Positions 9,001 through 17,453 of a stretch of 21,391 nt of DNA are shown piece after piece. The stretch's first letter is position 1. Every line of letters begins with the position of its first letter. The notes beneath the pieces are model-generated. The model saw nothing but the letters and a program-made list of their open reading frames with translations, was not told where the DNA came from and ran no database searches. A program made the translations under genes and the position numbers. Origin of the DNA: an uncultured Caldithrix sp. (GTDB taxonomy: Bacteria > Calditrichota > Calditrichia > Calditrichales > Calditrichaceae); NCBI GenBank assembly GCA_964468415.1, contig CAYXUS010000246.1, positions 1 through 21,391 on the forward strand. Direction: 5' to 3'.

Positions 9001-11646
9001 CAATGCCTGCCAAATGGCTAATTTGTCGTTAAACTGACGCATAAAACCGGCAAGTCGGTTGCGTAGATGCTCTTCGACAAATGCGGTACGCTGGTCGGGA
9101 GTAGCAAAAGGCTTGCGCGTGCGATCGAAGTGCTGGCAGGCCAGGTGTTGAACGGTTTCAACCGTTTTTTCCCAGACGGAGAGTTGTTGGTTTGCGTAAG
9201 TCATCCAGCGGCCGGAAGACAGCGGCGGCATGGTCTTCTTTTGGACGGCCGACGCTTCCTGAGCGGTTAATCGGTTTAAACCGATTAAAACCCGCCGCAT
9301 CTGGTAATAAAGCTGCTCGTCACTCACACTACCACCTAAGGTCAGCCGAAATGCATTACGCGCAATTTGGTAGCCTTGGGCGGTACGGGCAAAGGTCGTA
9401 AGAGGAACCAGCCCGATGCCCTGATTGGCCAGATTCGATGACAGCGTTTCCTGTGAAATACCGGCCGGCAAACGCTTAATAAACAGCAACGGGTACATGC
9501 TGCCCGCCGGCGTCTGCAGCGTTCCCAGAAAAGGATTGCGCTCCTCAGGCAATTCCTGTTCTGCCTTTTTCAACCAGCTCATTCTCCGGGCAAACAATCG
9601 ATTACGAAAATCCCAGTAGTTTTCTACTTTCTCGCGTCCATTCCGATAAAATAAATACGCAATAAGCAACGGCAACCGATGATCCCGTACGAATTTTAAT
9701 CTCTCAAGGAAAAGCGTGCGCACATCGGCTTCAGGAATTTCTACCACCGTCAGTCGCGCCCCGGCAAAACTATCGGTCTTGGAAAGCGAATGAATGGTAA
9801 TAAGCTTCTCCGCATCTTTTCCGGCTATGTATCCGGTACGTACCAGTTGAGTGACAAGTTGCTTAAGCGTTTTTATCCGTCGGGAAGACTGCCAGGGGCC
9901 AACATTTTGATACGATAAATCATCAATCACTCGAACCCCTTGCCGTAAGGCCCAGTGCAAAATGGAAAGCAATTCTTCTTCCGGCAAAATGCGCCCCGTT
10001 GCATTATGCGGGTTGTTGAAAACAATGGCACCATTTTCGCGCCATGAGCTATCTCGCAATAAGAGAGCCTCCATTTGCTCAATAAAATGTTTTGCCGAGA
10101 ATGTGTGGAGTGGGCTCAAAGGGAGAGTTTCCACGTGAGGGAAACAATGTTCATACGTCCAACTCAAATCCAGCGTAGCAACTTTTTTAATAGGGCCGAA
10201 ATGGCCTAATAAGCCCAATGCCGTTCGTGCCGAACCGCTAACCACTGCACACGCCTCTCGTTCGTACTCAGGATGGAGGGCAAGAAAAACCTCTAAAAAA
10301 TTTTCCTTTAGCTCCCTGATGAAGGTTTTATCATCCAAACGGTCAAAAAATCGATCAATTAATTCAAATGATGAAAAAGAAGAAAACGAATCGTCCGCAA
10401 CCCTTTCACCCTCAAAAGAACGGCTTCCATGCTCTCCTTTTTGCCGAGCAAAATTCTGCCATTTTTCGGCAATACCCTGGACCTTTTGCGCATTTCTTGC
10501 CATTTGTCGAGTAAAAGAAGCCGCGATTTCTTCGGCCCGGCGAACGGTTAAAAGTGCGCTGCTTCCCGTAAAACGATCTGTTTGGCGCTGAAGCTCACTC
10601 TCGATGTTCTCATCAATTCCGTCTTTGTTAACCTGGAATGCACGTTTTTTCATCTCCTGACTCAGGGCAAAATGCAGCAGCTCGGCTTCCGGTGCAGATG
10701 GTGTGCCTTTCAGCTCGAAATGCACCGTTTCCAAGTGTTGAATGTAATCGGCCCGGCCCATGACCAAAACAATGGAATGGCCTTTTAGCCCGGGATTAAT
10801 CGCCTCCGGAGTAAGAAAGCGAAGCACACGATCCGCCAAAAGAGTCTCACGGGCCAACGAAAAATGGTTGGGCGCATTATTTACTTCCACAACAAATAAC
10901 GGATAAGCTAAAACCAATTCCCGCAAATGCCGCCGAAATTTTTCAGACGGTACTGCACCAAGAAAAACAAAATGCGGCTGATGCACCTCTGTTTTCTGGA
11001 ATTCCGCTTGCAAAGCGGCAAGCGCATGTTCCTCGTCATTGGGCAACACATGCTTCTCGGTTTGCTCCAATTCAAACAAAAAATTTGGCAAGGAAACATT
11101 AAAAAGCCAAACAACCGCAGGCCGGACACGTAACGCGCGATTTAACATGAACAAAAATACACGAATATTCTCTACAAGTCCGCCGCTGCCCAGCATCAAC
11201 TCTTTGTGCCCGGTCTGTTGGCCAATATCGTATTTTAACGGTTCAAGCTGTTCGTTCTCCAGCCAGTGGCGGATACGCTCTACCAAGGGCCCCGGGGAAC
11301 GCCGATTGTAGCCACCACGCGGCATGTAAGGATTGCACAAAGGTATTGCATCAAATACAAATTGTGCATTACGCCGTTGGATATCATTTGCAGAGACCGT
11401 GCCCAAAAAGCGTTGAAACGCTTCTTTGTCCTGAACAGTCTCCGGATCCGTTTGGAAAACCAATTGACGAAAAAGCGCCGTCAATCGGTTATCCTGTATC
11501 GGATGGCCAATATGAAAATTCACCCGCTCCTTATCGGGAACGGGTGCCATAGCCGTGGCCTCACTTATCTCCGAAACTTTAGCCGCTTTAAGCGGCTTTA
11601 AAGCAAAAAAATCTTCTTGCATTTTCTCTGCAAAGTTAATCCACAA
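6013..11646 (-). CDS. Giant (1877 aa) multidomain protein: tandem fold-type-I aminotransferase-like domains (about res 40-400 and 425-800) fused to a divergent PEP carboxylase-like domain (about res 800-1877)
   Basis: Uninterrupted 5.6-kb ORF. Domain 2 has the class-I aminotransferase motifs in the canonical order: Gly-rich VVSGSARTAL, NNPHNATG, DDLSY, SLSKTDSFAGARL (PLP Lys codon 9778-9780) and FRLTLGG. The C-terminal part has the PEPC motifs in native order and spacing: RTVHPTQ (H at 8875-8877), VIPLFEDYD, EIFVAGSDLSQQVG, RLKLGSGEPMQRQGG, LRAIGHNRAQ, and a C-terminal RLTGENG. The start is ambiguous: TTG at 11646 or ATG at 11622. Confidence 0.8.
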   Translation of the reverse strand: MWINFAEKMQEDFFALKPLKAAKVSEISEATAMAPVPDKERVNFHIGHPIQDNRLTALFRQLVFQTDPETVQDKEAFQRFLGTVSANDIQRRNAQFVFDAIPLCNPYMPRGGYNRRSPGPLVERIRHWLENEQLEPLKYDIGQQTGHKELMLGSGGLVENIRVFLFMLNRALRVRPAVVWLFNVSLPNFLFELEQTEKHVLPNDEEHALAALQAEFQKTEVHQPHFVFLGAVPSEKFRRHLRELVLAYPLFVVEVNNAPNHFSLARETLLADRVLRFLTPEAINPGLKGHSIVLVMGRADYIQHLETVHFELKGTPSAPEAELLHFALSQEMKKRAFQVNKDGIDENIESELQRQTDRFTGSSALLTVRRAEEIAASFTRQMARNAQKVQGIAEKWQNFARQKGEHGSRSFEGERVADDSFSSFSSFELIDRFFDRLDDKTFIRELKENFLEVFLALHPEYEREACAVVSGSARTALGLLGHFGPIKKVATLDLSWTYEHCFPHVETLPLSPLHTFSAKHFIEQMEALLLRDSSWRENGAIVFNNPHNATGRILPEEELLSILHWALRQGVRVIDDLSYQNVGPWQSSRRIKTLKQLVTQLVRTGYIAGKDAEKLITIHSLSKTDSFAGARLTVVEIPEADVRTLFLERLKFVRDHRLPLLIAYLFYRNGREKVENYWDFRNRLFARRMSWLKKAEQELPEERNPFLGTLQTPAGSMYPLLFIKRLPAGISQETLSSNLANQGIGLVPLTTFARTAQGYQIARNAFRLTLGGSVSDEQLYYQMRRVLIGLNRLTAQEASAVQKKTMPPLSSGRWMTYANQQLSVWEKTVETVQHLACQHFDRTRKPFATPDQRTAFVEEHLRNRLAGFMRQFNDKLAIWQALRFMEQKQRNAYLQELLQREFYKDNLASRQQRFRKRILDRTVHPTQMYALSVDIQAANLMQTILRGHRPSPGVLEKLARELVAEFFGETVPINSVQEADELLQDLNAFVEAEILAELQGEQVPAFLSFWGDWDGSTRPSGQGHRLVGAVVIENVSRLANILTLLLSLENDLDLDPELRTALQELPRRREKFWKVLNEITALTNQLEKRYRSLLPAQTRPGFWRSLGMKLGIAQDPLTALWTHNDRLERKMRQLRNQRRKGLEEYFLLNKKLRKALHASIPAILKHSDNPELLFRVGFYRDLLKRFVLTPRIHQNMITSVDPFAIDTTVFNLTEINELGGDVGNAGLILALQVSMTSKTEALIRLEQKLRARKEAVLRRSPRTALPDIWVIPLFEDYDVVKRIETYLNELWNYVQSHRATSQSPEERFSQMLCEIFVAGSDLSQQVGQALAAQLYKETKFKVVKWLAQKGLLGKVRLKLGSGEPMQRQGGFYDAIGSTPAFLLNHRNKQQLNQLLLPPAAKSAEFAITPLRGVFSSGDLRTFQSTISEKLRMLPASERANTLYHVKLQQQYHDQELLHAGEPLISTRLQYHEKGEKELRRLTLGWSDPMYDKFLQIASENFRQIVYGRDEDVVGIHIVSYFVSRMTPSFRDRPTIRPGNVSQADVGQKVVERLTRVLPLSKHGTLLRAIGHNRAQTMILGINQLTTGLFRALKEFANDQQSVMPQQFALQERILPYLPVYEILNTLRLYQDVDLEHFRNLEPLFPAGNSALFALHEDTKLMHEFIPLFQVELVRRHGLPVGDFFENGAFRSELLPTLRPDLAVLLQENLFNTEPDVLLGRKDTTLTPDEAWLRQTEHLLRIPVKVRHWRKEIWQLIGEKVAGQVESFVQLSQAIEVLLKNQAANGIPFQSTDQRVLSQLHSGLRNVTDDNLKQFLLAAMHYLNHQAQAAGELPVNVMRALRDVERIVKIEQQPLSSAEQEQLRFYILQIARLTGENG

Positions 11647-11689
11647 ACCAAGGCAGGAAAAACCGTTTAAACGCTTCCCCTCCCCCTAC

Positions 11690-12655
11690 CTAATCTTTCT
11701 TAAACACCTTCCGTATAACCGCCTCTAATGTCTCAACCAGTTGCCCGCTCTTTTGCTGATCCAACCCCGCAAGCGAAACGATCGTCCGGGCATTTTTTAA
11801 TTGTTGACTCGCCTCTGCCAGCCGTGCCAGCTGCGGTGAAAGGAGCAGCAACTCGGGATGCTGTTCAAAGGCCTGCAACTCTTTTTGTTCCATCTCCCAC
11901 TGCATTTTGCGCCGTTCAAGTTCCTGCTCTACCCGGTAACGGGCCAATTCTGCCTCTTTCTCCTGCGCTTGCTGTTGCAACTCAAACTCCTTTAGTTGCA
12001 ACTGATGCTCCATCGCTTTGATCTTTTCGTCTGTCTCCAGTTTTACCCGCGTTGCTTCTAATCGCGCCGCCTGATCCACTTTCTCGGTTTTTTCCCGGAT
12101 GCGTGCCGCCTCTTGCTGACGCATCGCTTCCGCAATTTCCGCATCCAGTGGCTCTACCCCCTGCACGCTTAAGCTGACAAACTGTAAACCGAACTTGGGG
12201 CATTCTTTTTCAAGAACCTTTTGCAAATGCAGGCGTAACGCCTCGCCGCTCAGCTCGTCAATCTCATACCGTTCACAGAATTCCCGTGTTGCCGCTTGAA
12301 TCAACAACGCCGTTTCTTCCGCAGCTTTTTGAACCATGTTCTTATTCCATCCCCCACTGCGCACCAGTGTCTCCAGATGATCTTCCGAAGCGGCAATGGT
12401 AAAAACGAGCTTAATCTTTACCGGCAATTTCCCTTTGGCCTCGCTCTCAAATTCCTGCGTCAAAGAATAAATCGTAGCCGGCACGGCCAGGCTAAAATGC
12501 CGGGGATAGTACCGCCCCTTACGCCTTCGAATCTTTCCTCCGCTATCGCTCAAAATAATCTCGTCCGGCCTTCTTTGACGGAACTCAAACAAAAATATCA
12601 AAATGACAACGACCAAAACCACCAGCAAAATAATGACGCCCATGGCAAACTCCAT
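11690..12655 (-). CDS. SPFH/band-7 (flotillin/YqiK-like) membrane protein with a C-terminal Glu/Gln/Ala-rich coiled coil
   Basis: N-terminal TM helix (VIILLVVLVVVILIFLF), SPFH-like core, then a long EA/EQ-rich coiled coil. Co-oriented with the giant gene, 43 bp upstream of it. Confidence 0.7.
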   Translation of the reverse strand: MEFAMGVIILLVVLVVVILIFLFEFRQRRPDEIILSDSGGKIRRRKGRYYPRHFSLAVPATIYSLTQEFESEAKGKLPVKIKLVFTIAASEDHLETLVRSGGWNKNMVQKAAEETALLIQAATREFCERYEIDELSGEALRLHLQKVLEKECPKFGLQFVSLSVQGVEPLDAEIAEAMRQQEAARIREKTEKVDQAARLEATRVKLETDEKIKAMEHQLQLKEFELQQQAQEKEAELARYRVEQELERRKMQWEMEQKELQAFEQHPELLLLSPQLARLAEASQQLKNARTIVSLAGLDQQKSGQLVETLEAVIRKVFKKD

Positions 12656-12828
12656 CTATGTTTGGTTGAATTTTAACTTTTGTTCTGCACATCCTTTGCG
12701 TACAGAGTACCCCCCCATTAATCCGCACGCTTTCCCTGTGGAATATTTATATTTTATTATTAAAATGCAATTTTATTTATTTTGCTTCTCCAAAAGTCCC
12801 ATTGTAAATTGAAAAAAAGGAGAGAAAA

Positions 12829-13317
12829 TTGTACACCCGAATATTTCTTCTTATCACTGCCTTTTTTATTTCGGCTTGTATTTTTGAGCAAAAATTAGAC
12901 TCAGATGATGTGATAGTCTCATTTACTCTTAGCGATACAACCGGAAGAGAAGCCTCTGTTTTCAAGTCCGGAGAAAATTTCATCGTCTCTTTTACGGTAC
13001 GAAACCAATCCGATGTTGCCTTAACTTACGACTACAGTAACCCGCTCATCCACTACACAATTTTTCGGGGAGATTCTCAGGTCTGCAGCTCCATAGATGA
13101 AATGAACTACACTGCCGTCGTCCTGCATGGCAAGCTCCCGTCTGCTTCTACCCTAAAAGACCAATGGGTTGCGCCCAATACGCCCGGCCGGATTGCCGCA
13201 AAAAATAGAGTGACCTTACAGCCCGGAACCTACCAAATTAAAGTGTACCATTCCCCATTATTCAACGAATACCGCCTGCCCCAAACCCCGGAACGTACTT
13301 TCAAAATTACCCAATAA
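12829..13317 (+). CDS. Small secreted lipoprotein (lipobox ISAC), possibly a BsuPI-like beta-sandwich protein; TTG start
   Basis: Signal peptide plus lipobox L-I-T-A-F-F-I-S-A-C. AAGGAGAG SD before the TTG. Locally AT-richer than its neighbours. The fold assignment is tentative. Confidence 0.5.
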   Translation: MYTRIFLLITAFFISACIFEQKLDSDDVIVSFTLSDTTGREASVFKSGENFIVSFTVRNQSDVALTYDYSNPLIHYTIFRGDSQVCSSIDEMNYTAVVLHGKLPSASTLKDQWVAPNTPGRIAAKNRVTLQPGTYQIKVYHSPLFNEYRLPQTPERTFKITQ

Positions 13318-13404
13318 GCACTCTCCGCCAAAAATTTTCTTTCAAATAGGCGCATAATTAGATAAATTTCCGTACACGAAAACCCTCAAGCAAAAGGAAA
13401 TTTC

Positions 13405-14637
13405 ATGATCAGTACTACCGTCTTTATTCTTTCCGTTATTTTTTTGTTCATTTTCGGCTTATTGTTAGGCTCCGGCGTAACGTATTATTTCCTTTCACGC
13501 CAGCAAAAAAATGCCGCCGATTTAGCCGCAGAATTCAGTGCACGCGCTCAGGAAGAAAAAACACGGGAGTTAGAGACTCTCCTAAATCAGGTCAAGGAAT
13601 CCTTTGGACATCTTTCCATGCAAGTGCTGGATAAAAGTACCCGCCAGCTTCTGCAAATGGCCGATAAAGTTCTGGAAGATCGCTCCAAACTTTCCGAAGA
13701 ACAATTAACCGGCAAGAAAAAACTGATCGATCAAACACTGGAAAACATGAAAGAAGAATTAAACAAGGTACAAAATCTGATTCAAAAAATAGAAAGCGAA
13801 CGCAAACAGACCTACGGGGAAATCAGCACACAACTCAAGCAATCTGTGCAGCAAACGCAGAAATTACAGGAAATTACCCACCAGCTGTCGTCCGCCCTTT
13901 CTCACACCCAGGCCCGTGGGCAGTGGGGAGAGCGCATGGCCGAAGATGTGCTGCGCATGGCCGGCTTCATCGAGGGAATCAACTACCTGAAACAAAAGCG
14001 TCTCCAAAATAACGACAAACGACCCGATTTCACCTTTTTGCTTCCCCAGAACCTCAAAGTAAACATGGATGTCAAATTTCCGTTGAATAATTATCTGGCC
14101 TATTTAAATGCCGAAAACGAACAGGAAAAAGAGCACTACAAAAATCTCTTTCTGAAAGACGTCCGCCAGCGCATTAAAGAAGTAACCACCCGCGATTACA
14201 TCAATCCCGCCGAAAACACGGTCGATTACGTCATCGTTTTTATTCCCAACGAACAGGTGTATGCCTTCATTAACGAACACGACAGCGCCATTCTGGACGA
14301 AGCCTTGCGCAACAAAGTTATTCTTTCTTCCCCCATTACCCTGTATGCGGTACTGGCGGTTATTCGCCAGGCCGTGGACAACTTTAACCTGGAACGCACG
14401 GCAGCCGAAATTCTGGCATTATTAAACGATTTTAACAAACAGTGGGAAAAATTCAAAGATTCCATGGACAAAATGGGCAAAAAGCTCAGTGATGCCCAAA
14501 AAGAATTCAACAACCTGGTTACCACCCGTACCAATCAGTTGGAACGCCCCTTGCGCAAAATTGATCAGGTACGCATCGAAAAACATCTGGACGCTTCTGT
14601 CCGTTCTTCGCTTCCGTCACCCAAGCAAAAAGAATAA
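13405..14637 (+). CDS. rmuC: DNA recombination protein RmuC
   Basis: N-terminal TM, long coiled coil, and a C-terminal RmuC nuclease-like domain with RPDFTFLLPQNLKVNMDVKFPL. Confidence 0.85.
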   Translation: MISTTVFILSVIFLFIFGLLLGSGVTYYFLSRQQKNAADLAAEFSARAQEEKTRELETLLNQVKESFGHLSMQVLDKSTRQLLQMADKVLEDRSKLSEEQLTGKKKLIDQTLENMKEELNKVQNLIQKIESERKQTYGEISTQLKQSVQQTQKLQEITHQLSSALSHTQARGQWGERMAEDVLRMAGFIEGINYLKQKRLQNNDKRPDFTFLLPQNLKVNMDVKFPLNNYLAYLNAENEQEKEHYKNLFLKDVRQRIKEVTTRDYINPAENTVDYVIVFIPNEQVYAFINEHDSAILDEALRNKVILSSPITLYAVLAVIRQAVDNFNLERTAAEILALLNDFNKQWEKFKDSMDKMGKKLSDAQKEFNNLVTTRTNQLERPLRKIDQVRIEKHLDASVRSSLPSPKQKE

Positions 14638-14642
14638 AATTC

Positions 14643-16211
14643 ATGAAACGTATTTTTTTATTTCTGTTCGCGCTGGCCTTCAGCGCGCCCGGCGCACAAA
14701 TTCATTACACGCTGCGAATCACCGAACCCGGCCGGCATGTGGCAAACATAACCATTGAGGCACCGGTAAACAATGCCGATACACTGACTTTCGCCATGCC
14801 CGCCTGGTCTCCGGGACGATACGTCATCTACAACTTTTCCCAAAACGTGTTCGATATTTCCGCCCATGACGAATACGGCCATTCCATTCGTCCTTTGCTC
14901 ATCGATAAACAAACCTGGCAGGTTCCTTGTCGGGGGAAAAAGCGCATTACTTTTAGCTACCGCATTTTTGCTCACACTTTGGACGGAACGTTTTCGACCA
15001 TCGACACTTCCGGGGCTTCGCTCAACGGCGCCAGCCTGTTCATGTACGTACGCGGACGCAAGCATTGGCCCGTCCTGCTGGATATTCAGGCGCCTCGTCC
15101 CTGGCGGATTGTTACCGGATTTGACAACCAAAGCCGGCCCTACCATGCCCCCAATTACGACGTTTTCATCGATACCCCCATCGAAATGGGCAGACTGTTT
15201 ACCCATGTATTCAACGTGCTCAACAAACCGCACACTCTGGTTTTTCACCGGCCTTTACCCACTCCCTTGTTGCAAACATTTAAAAACGATTTACAAAAGG
15301 TTATCCGGTCTCATGCTTCGCTTTTTGGCGATAGCCTGCCTTACCAGCACTACGTATTCTTTTTCCACCTTCTGCCCCACTTGCCCCATCCCGACGGCAT
15401 GGAGCATTTGAACGCCTGCCGCGTCATGTTGCGTATGAACATCGATTCGGTCAAAGCAAATGCCAACACCGACCCCGATTACGACAATTTAATCTGGTTA
15501 AGCGCTCACGAATTTTTCCACACATGGAATGTTAAACGTTTACGTCCCGTGGGTTTGGGCCCGTTCGACTACACCAAAGAAGTGTACACACCCAGCTTGT
15601 GGATTGTAGAAGGCTGGACTTCGTACTATGCCTATCTGGCTTTATTGCGCACCGGAATTTACACGTCTCAAAAATGGCTTTCGGAAATCGGGGGACGCAT
15701 CAACCGCTATGAAAGTTCTCCCGGGAACAAACTACGCACCTTAACCGAAGTTTCCGTTTTAACCTGGTTGTTTACCGGTCATGTGCCGCATTATGCCGAA
15801 ACGAACATTCACCGGACAACCTATTCTTATTATTACAAAGGACTTATCGTTGGATTTTTGCTGGATGCTTTATTCCGGGGTCACTCGGGCGGACAATACG
15901 ACCTGGATGATTTTTTGAAGGAACTCTGGGAAACCTATTATTCGGCACCAGCCTCTTCTTATTACCTGTCGGGACGTGGCTACAGCGAGCAAGAGATCGA
16001 GAATCGAATCGCCAAAAAGCTGGGCGAAGAAGGAAGGGCTTTTCTGCGGCGCTGTGTGCATTCCACCCGAAAGCTCCCTTACGAATTGGTTGAAAATTTA
16101 GGATTAAAGTTCAGCAAAGAGAAAAGAAGCGGAAAATTCATTTTAGAAGAAAACCCGGATGCCTCCGCCGAGCAACGCCGCTTGTGGCAATCGTTTTTGC
16201 AACGGAGGTAA
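14643..16211 (+). CDS. M61 family (glycyl aminopeptidase-like) zinc metallopeptidase, secreted
   Basis: Signal peptide MKRIFLFLFALAFSAPGA, and HEFFHTWN (HExxHxW) is typical of M61. Starts 5 bp after the rmuC stop. Confidence 0.8.
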   Translation: MKRIFLFLFALAFSAPGAQIHYTLRITEPGRHVANITIEAPVNNADTLTFAMPAWSPGRYVIYNFSQNVFDISAHDEYGHSIRPLLIDKQTWQVPCRGKKRITFSYRIFAHTLDGTFSTIDTSGASLNGASLFMYVRGRKHWPVLLDIQAPRPWRIVTGFDNQSRPYHAPNYDVFIDTPIEMGRLFTHVFNVLNKPHTLVFHRPLPTPLLQTFKNDLQKVIRSHASLFGDSLPYQHYVFFFHLLPHLPHPDGMEHLNACRVMLRMNIDSVKANANTDPDYDNLIWLSAHEFFHTWNVKRLRPVGLGPFDYTKEVYTPSLWIVEGWTSYYAYLALLRTGIYTSQKWLSEIGGRINRYESSPGNKLRTLTEVSVLTWLFTGHVPHYAETNIHRTTYSYYYKGLIVGFLLDALFRGHSGGQYDLDDFLKELWETYYSAPASSYYLSGRGYSEQEIENRIAKKLGEEGRAFLRRCVHSTRKLPYELVENLGLKFSKEKRSGKFILEENPDASAEQRRLWQSFLQRR

Positions 16212-16216
16212 AAATT

Positions 16217-16543
16217 CTATTTTTCATCTTTTTCCGATAACACAAGCAACACCCGGCCTTCCTTTTCGCACACGGGATACGTTGGAATCTTTAAATTCGG
16301 ATTGCCGGTAAACGCACCGTCTTTTAATGCAAACCGCCAGCCATGATAAATGCAAACAATGTGGCCCTGCATCAGCACACCATCGCTTAACGGCGCTCCC
16401 TGATGCGGGCACCGATTGCGCATGGCGAAAAGTTTACTCCGGTGGCGAAAAATCACAATGGGCTGCCCGTCTACTTCCAAAGAAAAGGCCTGGCCCTCCC
16501 GGATCTCGCTACTCTTGGCAACAGCTATTTCACGAGATATCAC
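16217..16543 (-). CDS. Rieske [2Fe-2S] domain protein (NirD-like small subunit)
   Basis: CPHQG...CIYHGW Rieske ligand boxes. 4-bp ATGA overlap with the upstream MBL gene. Confidence 0.75.
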   Translation of the reverse strand: MISREIAVAKSSEIREGQAFSLEVDGQPIVIFRHRSKLFAMRNRCPHQGAPLSDGVLMQGHIVCIYHGWRFALKDGAFTGNPNLKIPTYPVCEKEGRVLLVLSEKDEK

Positions 16544-17382
16544 AGACGTACTTCTTCTCCAAGCTGAAAGCCTTTGTCCGTTTCCACCACGCGTCCGGCT
16601 ACTCGGAACGGATCGTGCTCGAATACCAGAATCCAGTTTTCTTGAACGGCCTGGGGCAGCAGGCGTTTTTTTTCTTCCAGAGTAATCAACGGATTGTTGT
16701 CATAGGCCATAATGTAAGGCAAAGGAATGTGTGAGGCCGTCGGCATTAAATCGGCACAATACAGCAACGTGCTTTGCTCATCATAAACTTTGACTAACTG
16801 CATGCCGTGAGTATGGCCGTACATCACTAAAACCTGAATCCCCGGGAACAATTCTTTGGGTCCCTCCAATTCTACCAGTTGCCCCGCTTCTTCGATGGGC
16901 TTAAAGTTTTCGGGCATGTAGCTGGCCCGGTCTTTTTCGCTGGGATGGTTCGCCCAATACCATTGTTCGCCCTGCACGTAATATTTGGCATTTGGGAACG
17001 TAGGCTGCAGCTTTCCATCCTTAACGGTGGTTGCTCCCCCTACATGGTCAAAATGCAGGTGAGTAATAATTACGTCGGTCACATCTTCTGGACGGATGCC
17101 GTACTTCAAGAGGTCTTTTTCAAGATCGTGTTTCGTTTGATCCACATTGTAAATTTTCTGCAGTTTTTCGTTCATCTTATGCCCCACTCCGGTATCGACG
17201 AGGATCAAACGACGCTCACTTTTAATCACCATCGTGCGCAACGCCAGTTGAATGCGATTCAGCTCATCCGCAGGGTTGGTTTTGCTCCACAATACCTTGG
17301 GTACCACCCCGAACATGGCTCCTCCGTCCAGCCAAACATAACCCGATTCGACGGTAAAAACTTCGTATTGACCTATCTGCAT
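16540..17382 (-). CDS. MBL-fold metallo-hydrolase
   Basis: THLHFDHVGG (HxHxDH) plus downstream His/Asp ligands. Confidence 0.8.
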   Translation of the reverse strand: MQIGQYEVFTVESGYVWLDGGAMFGVVPKVLWSKTNPADELNRIQLALRTMVIKSERRLILVDTGVGHKMNEKLQKIYNVDQTKHDLEKDLLKYGIRPEDVTDVIITHLHFDHVGGATTVKDGKLQPTFPNAKYYVQGEQWYWANHPSEKDRASYMPENFKPIEEAGQLVELEGPKELFPGIQVLVMYGHTHGMQLVKVYDEQSTLLYCADLMPTASHIPLPYIMAYDNNPLITLEEKKRLLPQAVQENWILVFEHDPFRVAGRVVETDKGFQLGEEVRL

Positions 17383-17453
17383 TCCGACCTCCGTTGTAAC
17401 TTTTTTCCAAATTCCAAATTTCTGCCGGGCCAGCCCGGTGTTAGAAAAATGGG

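Noticed and set aside
14658-15411. ORFs 14658-15248 (-) and 14866-15411 (+) inside the M61 gene
   Set aside because: They are antisense or alternate-frame overlaps of a gene with a clear HExxH peptidase signature.
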